Source: Lepidodermella squamata (lineage: Eukaryota > Animalia > Gastrotricha). Taken from it: 64,000 bases of DNA. A model generated the notes under the pieces. The model was not told the DNA's origin. It worked only from the letters and a program-made list of their open reading frames with translations, and ran no database searches. Position 1 is the first letter of the stretch. Every line of letters starts with the position of its first letter. Shown here piece after piece: positions 36,901 through 48,800 of the stretch. The stretch covers positions 4,030,001-4,094,000 of the forward strand of contig JBLDXI010000007.1 in assembly GCA_047495785.1 (NCBI GenBank), in the 5' to 3' direction. The position numbers were made by a program, and so were the translations under genes.

Positions 36901-38259
36901 GATTAACTTATGGCTTGTAGTACACGGTTCGTTGCCTAGGGTGATTAATCATCCCCAATTTCGAAAAAATATTAAAAACGAAAACATCGCCGCGGCCTTG
37001 AAGAATAGAATTAGGTGACTCATTTTGACGCAAAATGCAAATATATAGCAAATTTTGATCACATTTGACAGTCAAAATATTCGGTGACATTCAAAAAATG
37101 TTTTTTTTGTTTCTCCATGGCTTTAATTTCGAGGGCCATAACCACGAAAATTTTCAGTTGGCTTAAGTTGATACAAATCCAGCCTAATAATGATTTGATG
37201 TACTAACGACTGATTTTTTTCCTGAAAAAAATAACGGCGGCATTTTTATGCCGGAAACAAATTAAAAATTGAAAATTCGCTTTTTCGCGAAAGCTCAGTT
37301 GCGTAATCAAAACAGAGCCTCGAAATAGGGGTGGCAACTGATGGCATTAACGAACGCCTCCGTAACCCTCCGCTAGTGTAAAAACGACGTTTGTCAGGAG
37401 TAGGACCTCTATCTTAAAACTAGCTCTATGACAACAACTGTTCAAAATTGCTGTCAGGATGGAAAAATGCAGCAGTTGGGAGAAAAGCGACTTCAAGCTG
37501 ATGCTTCTCTAATTTTTATATCGTTTTTTTTTCGTTCCAGGGTTTTCGGTATTGTTACGCTCAGAGCAGTGGAAACAGAATGTGTGTTGCTGCTACTCAG
37601 AATTCATCTTGCCCGGCTGGTTACGATGTGGTACTGTTTGAACGCCAGGATACACGACCTTATCATTGCTGATTTTTTTATGATTATTATAGTATGGAGG
37701 TGAAATCAGCGATACGACGGCAAGCGCGGGCTACGACAAATGTTTCATCGGAACAGCAACGGTAGACATGGATTTCTTTCTTGAATTTTACAAATCAGGA
37801 AACGTTTGCGATAATATAAAACATAAAGCATCTTTGAAGAATTCTCTTTGAACAATGCGAGAGAAATTATGCCGCCTGCTTTAATTTTTTGGGAAAAAGC
37901 GTGACTATTTAATTTAGCCAGATTTCGCAAACATTATAATTCGCAAAGAAAACACCATGTTGAGACCCGTTAGATATTTCCGTGAAAACAAAAAGTTGTC
38001 AAACGAATACCTTGCGCTACTTATTTGTTTACTCATTCCTGTTCTGCCAGATACCCCATTTCCGATGCTTTGACAGCACGACTAACGCGTTTAAGTTCTG
38101 CGCCCCGGATGGCGCTTCCTGTCCTGAATCAACGGTAAATGATCTCTGATAATCAATGATGATTTTTGTGACTTTTTCCACTCACAGCATAACCTTGAGA
38201 ATCCAAAAATCTCGTTTCAGGTGTACAAGGAGTGTGTCGATAATCAACTAGGCGACTGA
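27968..38259 (+). CDS. Secreted Cys-rich repeat protein, copy A (about 637 aa, 23 exons): 27968-28129, 30646-30690, 30752-30835, 30899-30964, 31604-31684, 31807-31855, 31915-32030, 32085-32132, 32228-32296, 32350-32433, 32501-32584, 32633-32687, 33364-33473, 33529-33576, 33725-33958, 34015-34098, 34553-34601, 34659-34738, 34796-34846, 37541-37630, 37693-37761, 38051-38134, 38188-38259
   Basis: Each exon is bounded by AG/GT and conserved in copy B while introns diverge. The joined exons (1914 nt) give one open frame: signal peptide MSINWMIACAAVVISTVLKPSLA, 12 four-Cys modules, several N-glycosylation sequons, no TM. The exon 16 donor and possible extra exons at 34300-34460 are uncertain. Confidence 0.85.
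35142..37430. mobile_element. CATAG...CTATG family non-autonomous DNA transposon in intron 19 of Cys-rich gene A
   Basis: 38-bp TIR CATAGAGCTAGTTTTAAGATAGAGGTCCTACTCCTGAC; 8-bp TSD ACAACAAC (35134-35141, 37431-37438); absent from copy B. Confidence 0.9.
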
Positions 38260-38639
38260 ATGTGACCTAGAAAGGACTATAGAGTTTAACAGCTCATTTG
38301 AAAACATTTCATTCTGAATTCCAATACGATTTCGATCCATTTTGAGTTTCGAGACTTATGCAGAATTGTAAAATCGCCTTTAAATCCACCATCGATTCGT
38401 TTTGCAGAACCAGATTATTTTCCTATTATCTCAGTTCTGGAGACAACTTCGATTCTTTCGTTGCTTATTAGTTGAATTACAACTATATTCTAAAAAAACT
38501 TTCGATGTTTTAGGCCGTTAAATTCTACAATGAATGAGAGCTATCTGCTGTTTGGCTCGACCGTGTAGCCATCGCACTCGTAGTCCAGCATTCTGTCTGT
38601 TATAATCAAAATCGGCATCGCAGAAGATATGCATTGGAA

Positions 38640-38935
38640 CCTTGGCTATTTATTTGCCTGTATGGCGCTTTCACCTACACCCTACACGAATGCTATCTGA
38701 ACTGACCGCATTGGCAGCATGGTTGCAACTCTGGCATCAACGGTGCCTCCGAAATCGTCGACGACGCGACCGGCTGCTACTTGGTCTTGGTTTCCGGCGA
38801 ACACAAAGAGAACCTCACGCTCGCTGCCATGTCACGCTCCTTCGAATTCATGAAGAATACCTGGTGGTGGCGTGTGAAGGCGAAGAGCTTCTACAATGAA
38901 GGCTAACCTGCTGGGCGGCGTGCAAGGCCATTGAG
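38640..38935 (+). pseudogene. Degenerate truncated adenosine kinase fragment (ADK2-derived)
   Basis: Matches ADK2 about 24690-25017 (CTGGCATCAACGGTG, GACCGGCTGC, GGTTTCCGGCGA, GAAGGCGAAGA, GGCGTGCAAGGCC) with deletions and frameshifts. Confidence 0.8.
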
Positions 38936-39283
38936 CAAAATAAACGCTTTCGATTTGATCAATTTATTACTTTTCTCAATAATTTTGTCACGATAAAACA
39001 GCAGGAGTTCTGCATGTAAAAACGGGCCAAATTTGACAAGAAACATCTGAATAAAGTGTGACTGATTTTAAATGCTCGAAATAGCAGGGTTGATTTTGAA
39101 ATTACAAATATATGTATATAGCTAAAAATCATGAGACGTACCAGGGGACGCGACGCCTCGATTTAAATGCCAGATTTTTGCGTTATTTTTTAATAAGGTC
39201 CGAAGGTCGTTGTAGCTAAAAATAACCTCATTGGCAGCGATCATAGACATACGTCGCATTTACACGAGCTACTTCGTAATTAT

Positions 39284-39554
39284 AATAATAATAATGGCTT
39301 TATTTATACTCCATACGACTAAACGTCTCTAACGGTTTCCCGTTTTGATGGAGTGGGCATTTTACTGCCTAACACAGACACTCAGGGAATCATGCGCACA
39401 CACAGGCTTTGCATGCCCAGGTCCGGGAGCTGGGGCGAAGCGACTTGCTCAAGGCCGCAACACTTTTTGGTGTTGCTTTGTGGGCAGCTGGAATCGAACG
39501 CACGACCTTCATGATGATGAGGGGGCGCTCGATCCACTGCGCCACTGTGTTCCC
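39284..39554 (-). mobile_element. tRNA-derived SINE with CORE-like segment and (TTA)n tail
   Basis: Minus strand: A box TGGCGCAGTGG, B box GTTCGATTCC, CCTTGAGCAAGTCGCTT, AATAAA + (TTA)n tail; 12-bp TSD CTTCGTAATTAT (39272-39283, 39555-39566). Confidence 0.8.
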
Positions 39555-39877
39555 CTTCGTAATTATCGATGTTAATTACTTCGGCTGTTGCGTCATCATT
39601 TTCACTTCAACCCAAACGAGCGCGGTTTTTAATTTTCTGTGCAATTTGTATGGGCGCTGTTAACAAGTCACTGCAAGGTGGTTTAAAACTCAAATTTTGC
39701 GGTATCAAGTAGTCGCATCTTTCGCTGTCACGTGATCTATACAATTCTCCTGCTGGCAAATGATCTATATGGTAGATTGCGCGATAATCAATTTCTTAAA
39801 AGTTGCCAAAATCCTCCTAAAATGAATTATGCCACGAATCGCGTCACTGCGGCAGTTTCAAGCAGCCCTGTATTGTA

Positions 39878-40218
39878 CAGCGTGTCCCATGAGTCCCATC
39901 TCATGGCCAGAAAATTTTAGAAAAATTCGAAAAATCACGAGAAAAGTAATCAAGTATGCCACTTGTTAATGGGATTAAAAAGTCCCGAGAAATCTTGTCC
40001 AGCCGGGTAAAATACTGAAAATTACCGAACCAGTTACCATCGGGGTTTTCCGGGTTTTCTTCGGAAACTTTTACATTAATTCTTAATTCTTTTCGGTTAA
40101 ATCGTGCGGATAAAAGATGAAATATTCTCTCGGTAGGTTTAATTTAATGAAATTAGTTGAATTTCCTACGAAAAGTCGCCAGATGACAAAACAGTTGCGC
40201 AACCTCTGGGACACGCTT
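39878..40218. mobile_element. Tc1/mariner-like MITE (inverted copy)
   Basis: TA-CAGCGTGTCCC ... GGGACACGCT; reverse complement of the 26961/44491 family. Confidence 0.7.
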
Positions 40219-41130
40219 TAATTCGAATAAATCCATGGAAAAATTCAAAAAACCAGAAAATATTGACAGTTTCAAGATTTTCTAATGATTTCCGTGGGTT
40301 TCGTTGAGCGTTCAATTTTAAAGTCCAAGCAGGAGCTAAATTTAGTTTTCTAATATTTATGAGAAAATCCTCCCTAAATTGTTTGAATTATATTGGAATA
40401 ACCATCGCCACTTTTGATCCGCTATCTAGATGTGTCGAATTTGAATATTATTTCTTGAAGCATTTGAATTATTTTACTTCAGGAAAATTCGTAAAAAAAT
40501 TCGAATTTCTTTTCATAGCAACAAAGCGAGGTGCTGGGCATGCATGTAGACCTCATTCAAGCTTATTTTGAGATATTTCTCATCGACCATATACTCGCTC
40601 CAAAGCCAAATCTTTTGAATTTGTTTTAAAAATGAATAAAACCCCGCATTCGGCCTTCCGTGAAAATGATTGCGTAACAGTGAAAGTAATTGACTTGGAT
40701 AATTATGGGTAGCCTAGTGTAAATGCGACGATAGACTGCTTACTCACGGGAAAAAGGGTGCTACGCCATGGGCACCAGACGGTCAGCTGATTCATCAGCG
40801 CTTGGAGGAAAAGTAAACAAAATATTCGATTCTTTTTTTACTGGTTCCGTGGCGGTTTCGATTTTTCCAAGGGTTTGGTTGATGGATCCAGACAGAGGAA
40901 GTCGCGAGGAACACTCTGGTAATTTTTCGAAATTTTAGAGAAATTTTAACTGGTTTTATAACTAAAAAATAAAAATGGTTTCGCAATCACAAATATTATA
41001 ATAAATTTTGTGATATATTAAGTTGAAATTGAAGCAGTTTTTAATTAGTCCAGGTAGCCCACATCGTGTTCCAAATTTCGATACTTGGAAATTATGTCTA
41101 TGGCAGCGATCGTTATTTTTCTTCTGCGAC

Positions 41131-42509
41131 CATAGATAAATAAAAAAGATAGATCTGACACGCTATAGTACATTTATGTGTGACGATATGATTCTTCAAG
41201 AGTTTTTGCTTTCTTGGTCGTGTGACCTGAAAATCACTTGTCAACATCAATATAAAAATACGGCATAATCAACGCAATTGACAAGTGATTTCGGGTGGCT
41301 ACTTCACCTCAATTTATCTCAAAACACACCGCCCCCTTCGATTTTCTCGAAAAAAATAGGGCATGTAGATCTCACCTTCAACTCAACCCTTGTCAGAATG
41401 TCCGGCCAAGGAATGGTTTTTCGCAGAGAATTTCTGAAAGAAGCATGTTTCCGCACTGTGCTTGCTTATTTGTGCTTTTTCGAGCTTTTTGCAAAAAATC
41501 GCCTGATGAATCACGACGTCACCTGCAATAATTATTTTTCACGCTACCAAAAAAACCTAGCGCCATTAAATTGATTACTGAAATGTGGAAGATTTGAAAA
41601 ATTCTAGAAAATTAATGGAAGGCCGGCCAGGAGGGCCGGTTAGGGGCGAAATCAGCATATGATTGAAACTGAGCGAAAGTAATTTCCATTGAAAGATAAC
41701 ACTCTGAAGTTCCAGAATTGGTGGTCATCGGAGATGTGGCAGGGCACTTAAGAGCGGGTGTAAAAATTACCTAAAAAGTGTGCCTAAGCACAAAACACCA
41801 TTTTTGGCTCTATTCAGTCACCTTTGCGGCAACAATTTAGTGCCCAGACATTTTCGAACCTACAAATTTTTTACATCAAACGACGCGAAATTTAGCAATG
41901 ACTCTAAATACGTCGAGAAAATGTAGCTTCGGCGACGGCAAAGTCTTAAAAAATGGAAATATAAAAAAATTCAGATTTTCGCAATAGTTTTTCACCTAAT
42001 TTTTTTAATTCAAAATTCAAATTAATATCAAATACTAATACAAATATTTTAATTTGGTTTTATTTGACACTTTTGTCGCAGGAAATCGCGTTTTAAACTT
42101 CGCGCGGTCATGTGACCAGAGATATTTGTGCGCGTTCTTGTGAACAACGCCAAATAGTATCAACTTCTCAGAATTTTCAATCGCAACCTGAGCATCCTAT
42201 CGCTCTCGGACTTTATTCTGTCCATACAATTTTGATTATTCTGTAATTTCTAAAATTAGTTTCAGCTCTTTCACACCTTGGGCGGATTTTACCTTGGCCC
42301 TCCTCCTTCGAAAAAAAACAAGAAAGCTCCAGTTGGATTCTTCAAGATAAAATTAGTTCGGAAAACATCGAAGTGGGCGTGTTTTGAGGTGAAGTAGCCA
42401 CCCGAAATCACTTGTCGTTCTTGACGAATCATTTTCGGTACACATACAAATGTACTAGCGTGTCAGATCTATCTTTTTAATAAAAAAAAATAAAATAAAA
42501 TCTTTTATT
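41131..42509. mobile_element. CATAG-family element with degraded right end
   Basis: Left end CATAGATAAA..AGATAGATCTGACACGCTA with inverted copy at about 42456-42478; internal inverted GTGATTTCGGGTGGCTACTTCACCTCAA; TSD TCTGCGAC (41123-41130, 42510-42517). Confidence 0.6.
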
Positions 42510-44490
42510 TCTGCGACCAGCAAAAATCTCATTCATGAAAATCATGTATTTACGCAAACATCAGTTTTTTGCAGTGGCCTGAATATCTCACTCTTAAAGA
42601 AAACGGCGGGTCGCGAAAATATCAGCTATTCTGTTTTCAATTTTAATTTTTATTATCGAGCAAAATCGTATCAAAGAATTAATTTCGACATGCCCATGCA
42701 AAACCTAGAAAATTCCCAAAAAAATCGGACGGGGATAAAAGTTATATATTTCGACAGCTTAGCTCATCCTGGTAAAGAAAATATTTTTTCTGGAATTTTC
42801 AGATCAAATTTTAACAATTTTTTCCGCCCCGACATAATCGACAAATTTCGATCTTCGGGATTTTTGTAGCTTCTTTGCGAATATCTAGATGACCTTGCAA
42901 AGGCCCCAGGATGACGAGCCTGGTCTCGTTCGAAAGAGCGCTAAAAGTTGTATCAGAATAAAAATTATCAAAAAATTAGAAAAATGACGTTTTTCAAAAA
43001 ATCGATTTGAAAATGGGTCGATTTTACATGCATTTAGCTGGGCGCACATGCCTCAAATAAAAAGCACAGCAATGTGGCTGTGCACATGGTGACCTTTGCA
43101 CCCTAAAATTTTGACACTATGGCAGGATCGTAAGCGTCCGATCTTTACTATTATCTATGCATGGCCCAAAATCGCTACCTCAAGAGCGTAAAATATCTCA
43201 AATCCAGTGATATAATCTCGCTGCGATAAATGCATGTAACACTTCATTTATATTTGTCTGTTATCGAAGATCTGAATTACGAGAGTCAATAGAACATGTC
43301 AACAATTGAGAAGCCGTGCCTGAAAAACAAACAGCAGAAGGAAGATTTGATTGATGATATGGTGACGATTTATCATTGTATTGACATCATTGATTAGTGA
43401 GATGTTCAAGACTGCTACCTCGGCTGAGTAAATTATTTCTTCTTCAGAAATAAAATTATCGAGCAAAGCATGAGATTGAGTAATGATTCATTCACCAAAG
43501 GCTATTAATTAGTTTGGGCTGATGATTGGAGATCAAAACTGCAGAATGTTCTCATTTCGGACAATTACTACGTTGAACTTCAATTTCTCCTCACCGTTCA
43601 ATCGCTAAAAAAACAGCCGGGCGTTGTTTCTTTAAAATTAAATCTGAAAACTCCGGAATCTTTTCTCGTGGTAGCTTTTTTGCTGGAAAAAAAGCGCAAA
43701 AGAAATTCAGGCTTATTACGAGGACAACTGAAATCTATCCACATGGTGGTTTGAAAGTGTCGCAGCTGCGAATCCAAAAGGCAGAACCGCAACAAATGTT
43801 TTCAGAGCAGCGGGTTTTTGGTTGATTGACGCGATTTTCAACTGCGCGGTTTAATCATTTCGGAAATTCCAAGGGTTGTTAAATCATTGTTGCCATCATT
43901 ATTTAAACAAAGTTAATTGCTATCGGCTGTCGTAAACTGGGAAAAATCCGAGTTACATACTTAAAAAAAGTAAAAAGTAACCTGATTTCTCCCGCAATCG
44001 CTAATGCGAGCCAAAAGGGCCGGTCCGTTACGAATAATCGCGTGCTCCATCGAACACGTGCGCTGATGCGCCTTATTTTTCCAGCCACAATGCTTTTTGA
44101 CAGCACGTGATTGAACATGTTTACTGTTTTTCCCGGTGTAAAGGTTTTGTTGGGGTGCGTTTCAAATTCATAAAAATCCGAAGTTTCGACTGTATTATCA
44201 ATTTTGTGAGTCATAGACACGAAATTCAAGTTACGCATCAGCTACAAAATGTCCCTACTTTCTTGTGATCTCATCGATCTTATCGAGTAGCCCTGCGCGA
44301 TAAATTTATTATTTTCGATTAATTATTGTCCGCATTAAATTCCGTGCGGCGTCAACTCATCCGCGGTCAACTCGTCCAGCGACAACTCATCCGAAAATAA
44401 ATGCATATTTAAATAATTATTTTTAGTGACAACTCATACGTGAAAACTGGTCCGGCTCGGCCGAGCTGTCGCGTATATGATTTGTCACTA

Positions 44491-44868
44491 CAGCGTGTCC
44501 CAGAAGTTGCGCAACTATTTTATATTTTGGCAATTTTTTCTAGGAAAATCAACTGTTTTTTTTTAATTAAACCAACCACGAGAAAATTCCATCTTTCATC
44601 CGCGATTTCACCGAAGAAGTAAAAAATTAACCGGGTAACCCCGATGGTAACTGGTTCGGTAATTTTCGTTATTTTACGCGGTTGGAACACATTTCTCCGG
44701 ACTTTTTACTCTGGACTAACAAGTGGCATACTTAATTACTATTCTCGTGATTTTTCGCATTTTTCTAATTTTTTTCGGGCCATGAGATGTGACTTCGACT
44801 CTCATTTTGGAGTTTCTGAACCATTTTCTGTGTATTATCTTTGCTTGCGTTACTTATGGGACACGCTG
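44491..44868. mobile_element. Tc1/mariner-like MITE nested in another inverted-repeat element (about 44367-44928)
   Basis: TA|CAGCGTGTCCCA...TGGGACACGCTG|TA; the outer element has inverted GTCCAGCGACAACTCATCCGAAA ends. Confidence 0.8.
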
Positions 44869-45843
44869 TAAAAATAATTATTTAAATATGTATTTAATTT
44901 CGGATGAGTTGTCGCTGGACGGGTTGACATTTCAATTCTCGCTGTTCCGTACCATTGAGGATGGTAATTTTGAACACTTCAACCGTTAAGGCTCTGACTC
45001 TGTTCAAATATTTATAAATATCTATATAATATACAATAAATAACTAAAAATCCGCTCAGCCATCTGGCTTTCCAACGTCTGGGTAATATCTCAGTATTAT
45101 CAATTCTTCATCAAATTTTGGTGATTTTTCTAAGATATATGTTGGGAGTGAATTCATTTCGTACCAGCTTTTCAGATTGTGATGCCGAAGTCGGTTTGAC
45201 CTGAGCTTTCATGAGGTCTCCAATTTTCGCAAGACGCAAGACGCGAAAATGTCGAGCAATCTATTTATACATTTTTCCGAAATTAGACCCAATGATCGTT
45301 AAATACTTAAAACTCACAGTCCCATTCCTATTCATGTGTAGCCAAATTTTCTCGTCCTACATTATTCACAAATTATAAATCGATTGAAAATCTCTATGAA
45401 AAACTTAAAACCACCAGAAACTCACAAAAATCAAAATTCGCCGTATAAAAACTTATTTCAATTTTCAGAATGTGTGGAAATAATTTTTTTCGAATCGAAA
45501 ATCATGGAATTACCCTCTTTAACTAACAACTGAAAATAAAAAATTCGTAAAAATCTGAATTTTTCGAAAAATAAACACGTCCAAAATTTAGGTAAAATAT
45601 TTCACCGCAGCACTATTTAACAGCCACATGAATTTGCCCTCATGTTTGAAAATGAATTTTCGCTTAATTTCCAAGGGTCTTCTCCGGAAACTTTCAGTTT
45701 CCAGTTTTTCCTCGATAAGCGCCTTTATTTGCTAGTCAATCGCTCTATTATATCGGGTTTTTTCTTTGTTGTACATAGGCTGTTCACAACAACTGATCTG
45801 CTTTCTACTAAACAAATCCGACTTGGTTTGAGGCGAATCCGCA

Positions 45844-48800
45844 ATGTCTATCAACTGGATAATTGCATGTGTATTTGTCGTCATTTCGACAATCCTACAG
45901 CCATCACTCGCATCGTGGGTGCGCTGTTTCTCGCAATTTGACGATTCTTTCGACCAGATTTGCCGCCGAGACCGCGTCGGTTGTGACATTCTGGAAAACT
46001 ACAAAGTAATATTTTTAGCAGATTCGACTGTAGAAGATTCAACCAATTTTATTAAATTAAACCTACCGAGAGAATATTCTCTCTTTCATCCGCGATTTAA
46101 GATTTAACAGAAGAAATTAACATTTACCGGAGAAAACCCGAAAACCCAAATGGCAGCTGGTTCGGTAATTTTCGTTATTTTGCGCGGTTGGACCAAGTTT
46201 CTCCGGGCCTTTTTAATCCCATTAACAAGCATTATACTCCCGTTTTGCAGGTCAAAGGTCACACGTGCACACGTGATCAAAACGTGTGATCAAAACACTA
46301 AAATTGTAGGTTGTTGCTAGTGTGGTAGTTTCATTTCGTCATTTCGTCACCATGAAAAAAATAAATAAAAAAAATGTTGTGAGCTGGCGTCGAACTATCA
46401 ACCTCTGGTTTCCTGAGCTATAGCTTGAACCACTAAACCACACAGGAGACACATTGAACCAGTCTTAGAATCAATTGATATAGGCCACAGTTAAAGCATA
46501 CTTCAACAAGATAGATGCACACGATTTTAAGACAACTTGCTTGCTTAGTGGTTCCAGCACTAGCACTGGCCATGAGATGTGTGATTTCGTCTCTCATTTT
46601 TGAGGTTCAGAACCCTATTCCGTGTATTTCTTTGCTTAGGGTAAATAATTCAAATGGGTGATCGTGGCGGGCCAATTTTTGTACCACAGGTAGCTCTTGA
46701 ATCTGGATAAATCCAGGTAAATTTTGGCTCTTATCGGGTCGATCATTTTTGCGTAAAACATTCGCTGAACACTTTTCCATCCATCAAAACCCTGCAATCC
46801 GTACTTCAATTTTTTCTGGTTTAAATTAAAAAACTAAAAATTAAATAAAAATTGAGATTGAGCAACAGATATGTTTGCCCAAGTCAAAACTCTAAATTAC
46901 CTAATTTTTATCTTTATTTATTTCAGTTATCAGGCAGAATTTACGCTAACAAAACTTCGTGCATTTTTGGGGTAAAACGCCTTCATCTGGCTGATTTCTC
47001 GATTCTTAACTATGGTTTGTTCGTAAAATAGACTGCTCACAGCTGCTACAACCCGAAAACCTTGACCATTCGCTGTTTACCAGGCGACATCCCTTGCCCG
47101 GCTAATTTCATAGAGGTATTGCGAAAGCATTAAACGTAATTCCATGCGCCTATTTCCATTTCCGACTATTTACTTTGAAGGTCGAGCGATTCAGGGGTTT
47201 TGATTTGCTGCGAAATAGCCTGGCGGATTGCGAGAACTCGTCGAACGTACGGATTTATTTTACATTTCAATAATTTAGAGGGCTTGAAAAAGTGTCATAA
47301 ATCGGTGCAATGGTAAATGAAAATTCTTTATGAAATAATTTATACGCAATTGGGTGTTGATGCCGGATGGTTCGACACTTTTAACAGCCCCTGGAATTTC
47401 TCCCCTTTTTATCCAGAAACTGAGGTATCAACGCTGTCTAAATGGTTCGAACTATGCTGCCTGCATGCCTACGTCGCTGCAATGTCCGCCCGGAACGGTA
47501 AGGTGGATAAATTTATCCTCTTTCGACTGAAGCTTAGGATTGGTCAATACACTATAGTTTAATTTTAGTTGTCTGACTCGCAGGTTCCATCTCGCTCATA
47601 TCAAACCCTGTCCACGTGCATCGCCTCCTACCGTAACTTCAACGGAAATTTCCAAGTTCTGATATAACTGGACTATTCTGTTGCAAATAGAAGCGCGTCC
47701 CATCGAAAATGAGCCGCACATTCGCTGTTTCAACAGGCAATCTGGTGCTTTCCTGGGCTGCCGGCTAGCGTCTAGCGGCTGCTCGGAGGCTTCCAACGAA
47801 ACCTCAGTAATGCTATTGGATAAGAAACCATCTTCTATAACTTTCTATAACTTTACTATTACTTCAGGGAATCAGTCCTAGACCATACATTGATCGAGCA
47901 CACTGTGACAAATGGGTGAGATTTATTATATCTTATGAAGCGGAAGCACTTGAGGAAGCACTTGAGGATAGCGTTGGAGGATTTCGGATTTTGTATCTGA
48001 AATTGCTCTCGGTTGTCTTTTTCAGAATGCAGCTGCTTGTCGGAAGAACGGTCGTGTTCAGTGCCGAAACAGGTGTCCAAGTGGTTGGAGTCTTGTGCGT
48101 ACCATCTCGTGGATGTATTACTTGTTAGGATTACTCTGTATCGTTAGGTCAAAGTTTTTCAAGCAACGCCGTCGTCGTTCGCGACAGCCTATGCCCAATG
48201 CTTGAACTACTCAGCCGCAGTTAATCCGCCGGTATATAGCTAATGCATTAGATAAAGGTGACTCTATTATTTCGTTTTGCCTAGATTCGTTTCAAGCAGT
48301 GCCTCGATCCAGCCACAATGAACTTGGTTACTTGCGTTCGCACGATTGACAATTGCCCAGCTTCGTCCGTGAGTTGGCTACCAATCTGTGTTCGCAAGAG
48401 TTGCTGTTTTTTTAGACCAACGATTTCTCAGTTGACATCGATTTCACGACATACGATGGATGCATCTCTGGTGAGCGTGACTTCGGACGTCAAACTTCCC
48501 TAGATAAGGATGTACCTATATTGCGGATTCTCAGAGTTATGTCCTTTAAGGAAATTCGCGTTTGAAAGCCCGAATTTACACGGCTTTTTCTAGCTCAATA
48601 ATATCCCGAATCCAATGGCGCGGCTTCGAAGTTAGTTTTAATACCGAACGCCGAGCTCATCCTAGGTTCAAACTAAAATTTACTGTCATATATTCCGAGC
48701 CACATCTTACTCTGTAATTTGTCGAAATTCCTCGAAATTCTAGGCGACATTATGATTTTCAAATCGAGGCTAATTTTTGTTGCAGCGCCGAAGCCTGCAA

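Larger units (their letters stand above)
25630..38990 (+). repeat. Segmental duplication unit A (ADK 3' UTR - Cys-rich gene A - ADK pseudogene)
   Basis: Colinear similarity with 43160-57700 in the UTR (25630-25790 vs 43160-43325), intergenic blocks, all exons and many introns. Boundaries are approximate. Confidence 0.8.
39242..41102. mobile_element. CATAG...CTATG family element carrying a nested SINE and Tc1-like MITE
   Basis: Ends CATAGACAT / ATGTCTATG, 8-bp TSD GCAGCGAT (39234-39241, 41103-41110); internal sequence related to 19881-20869 at about 40730-41090. Confidence 0.7.

Noticed and set aside
46375-46445. tRNA-like sequence on the minus strand (A/B boxes)
   Set aside because: No sound cloverleaf; embedded in a repeat, probably a SINE-derived fragment.
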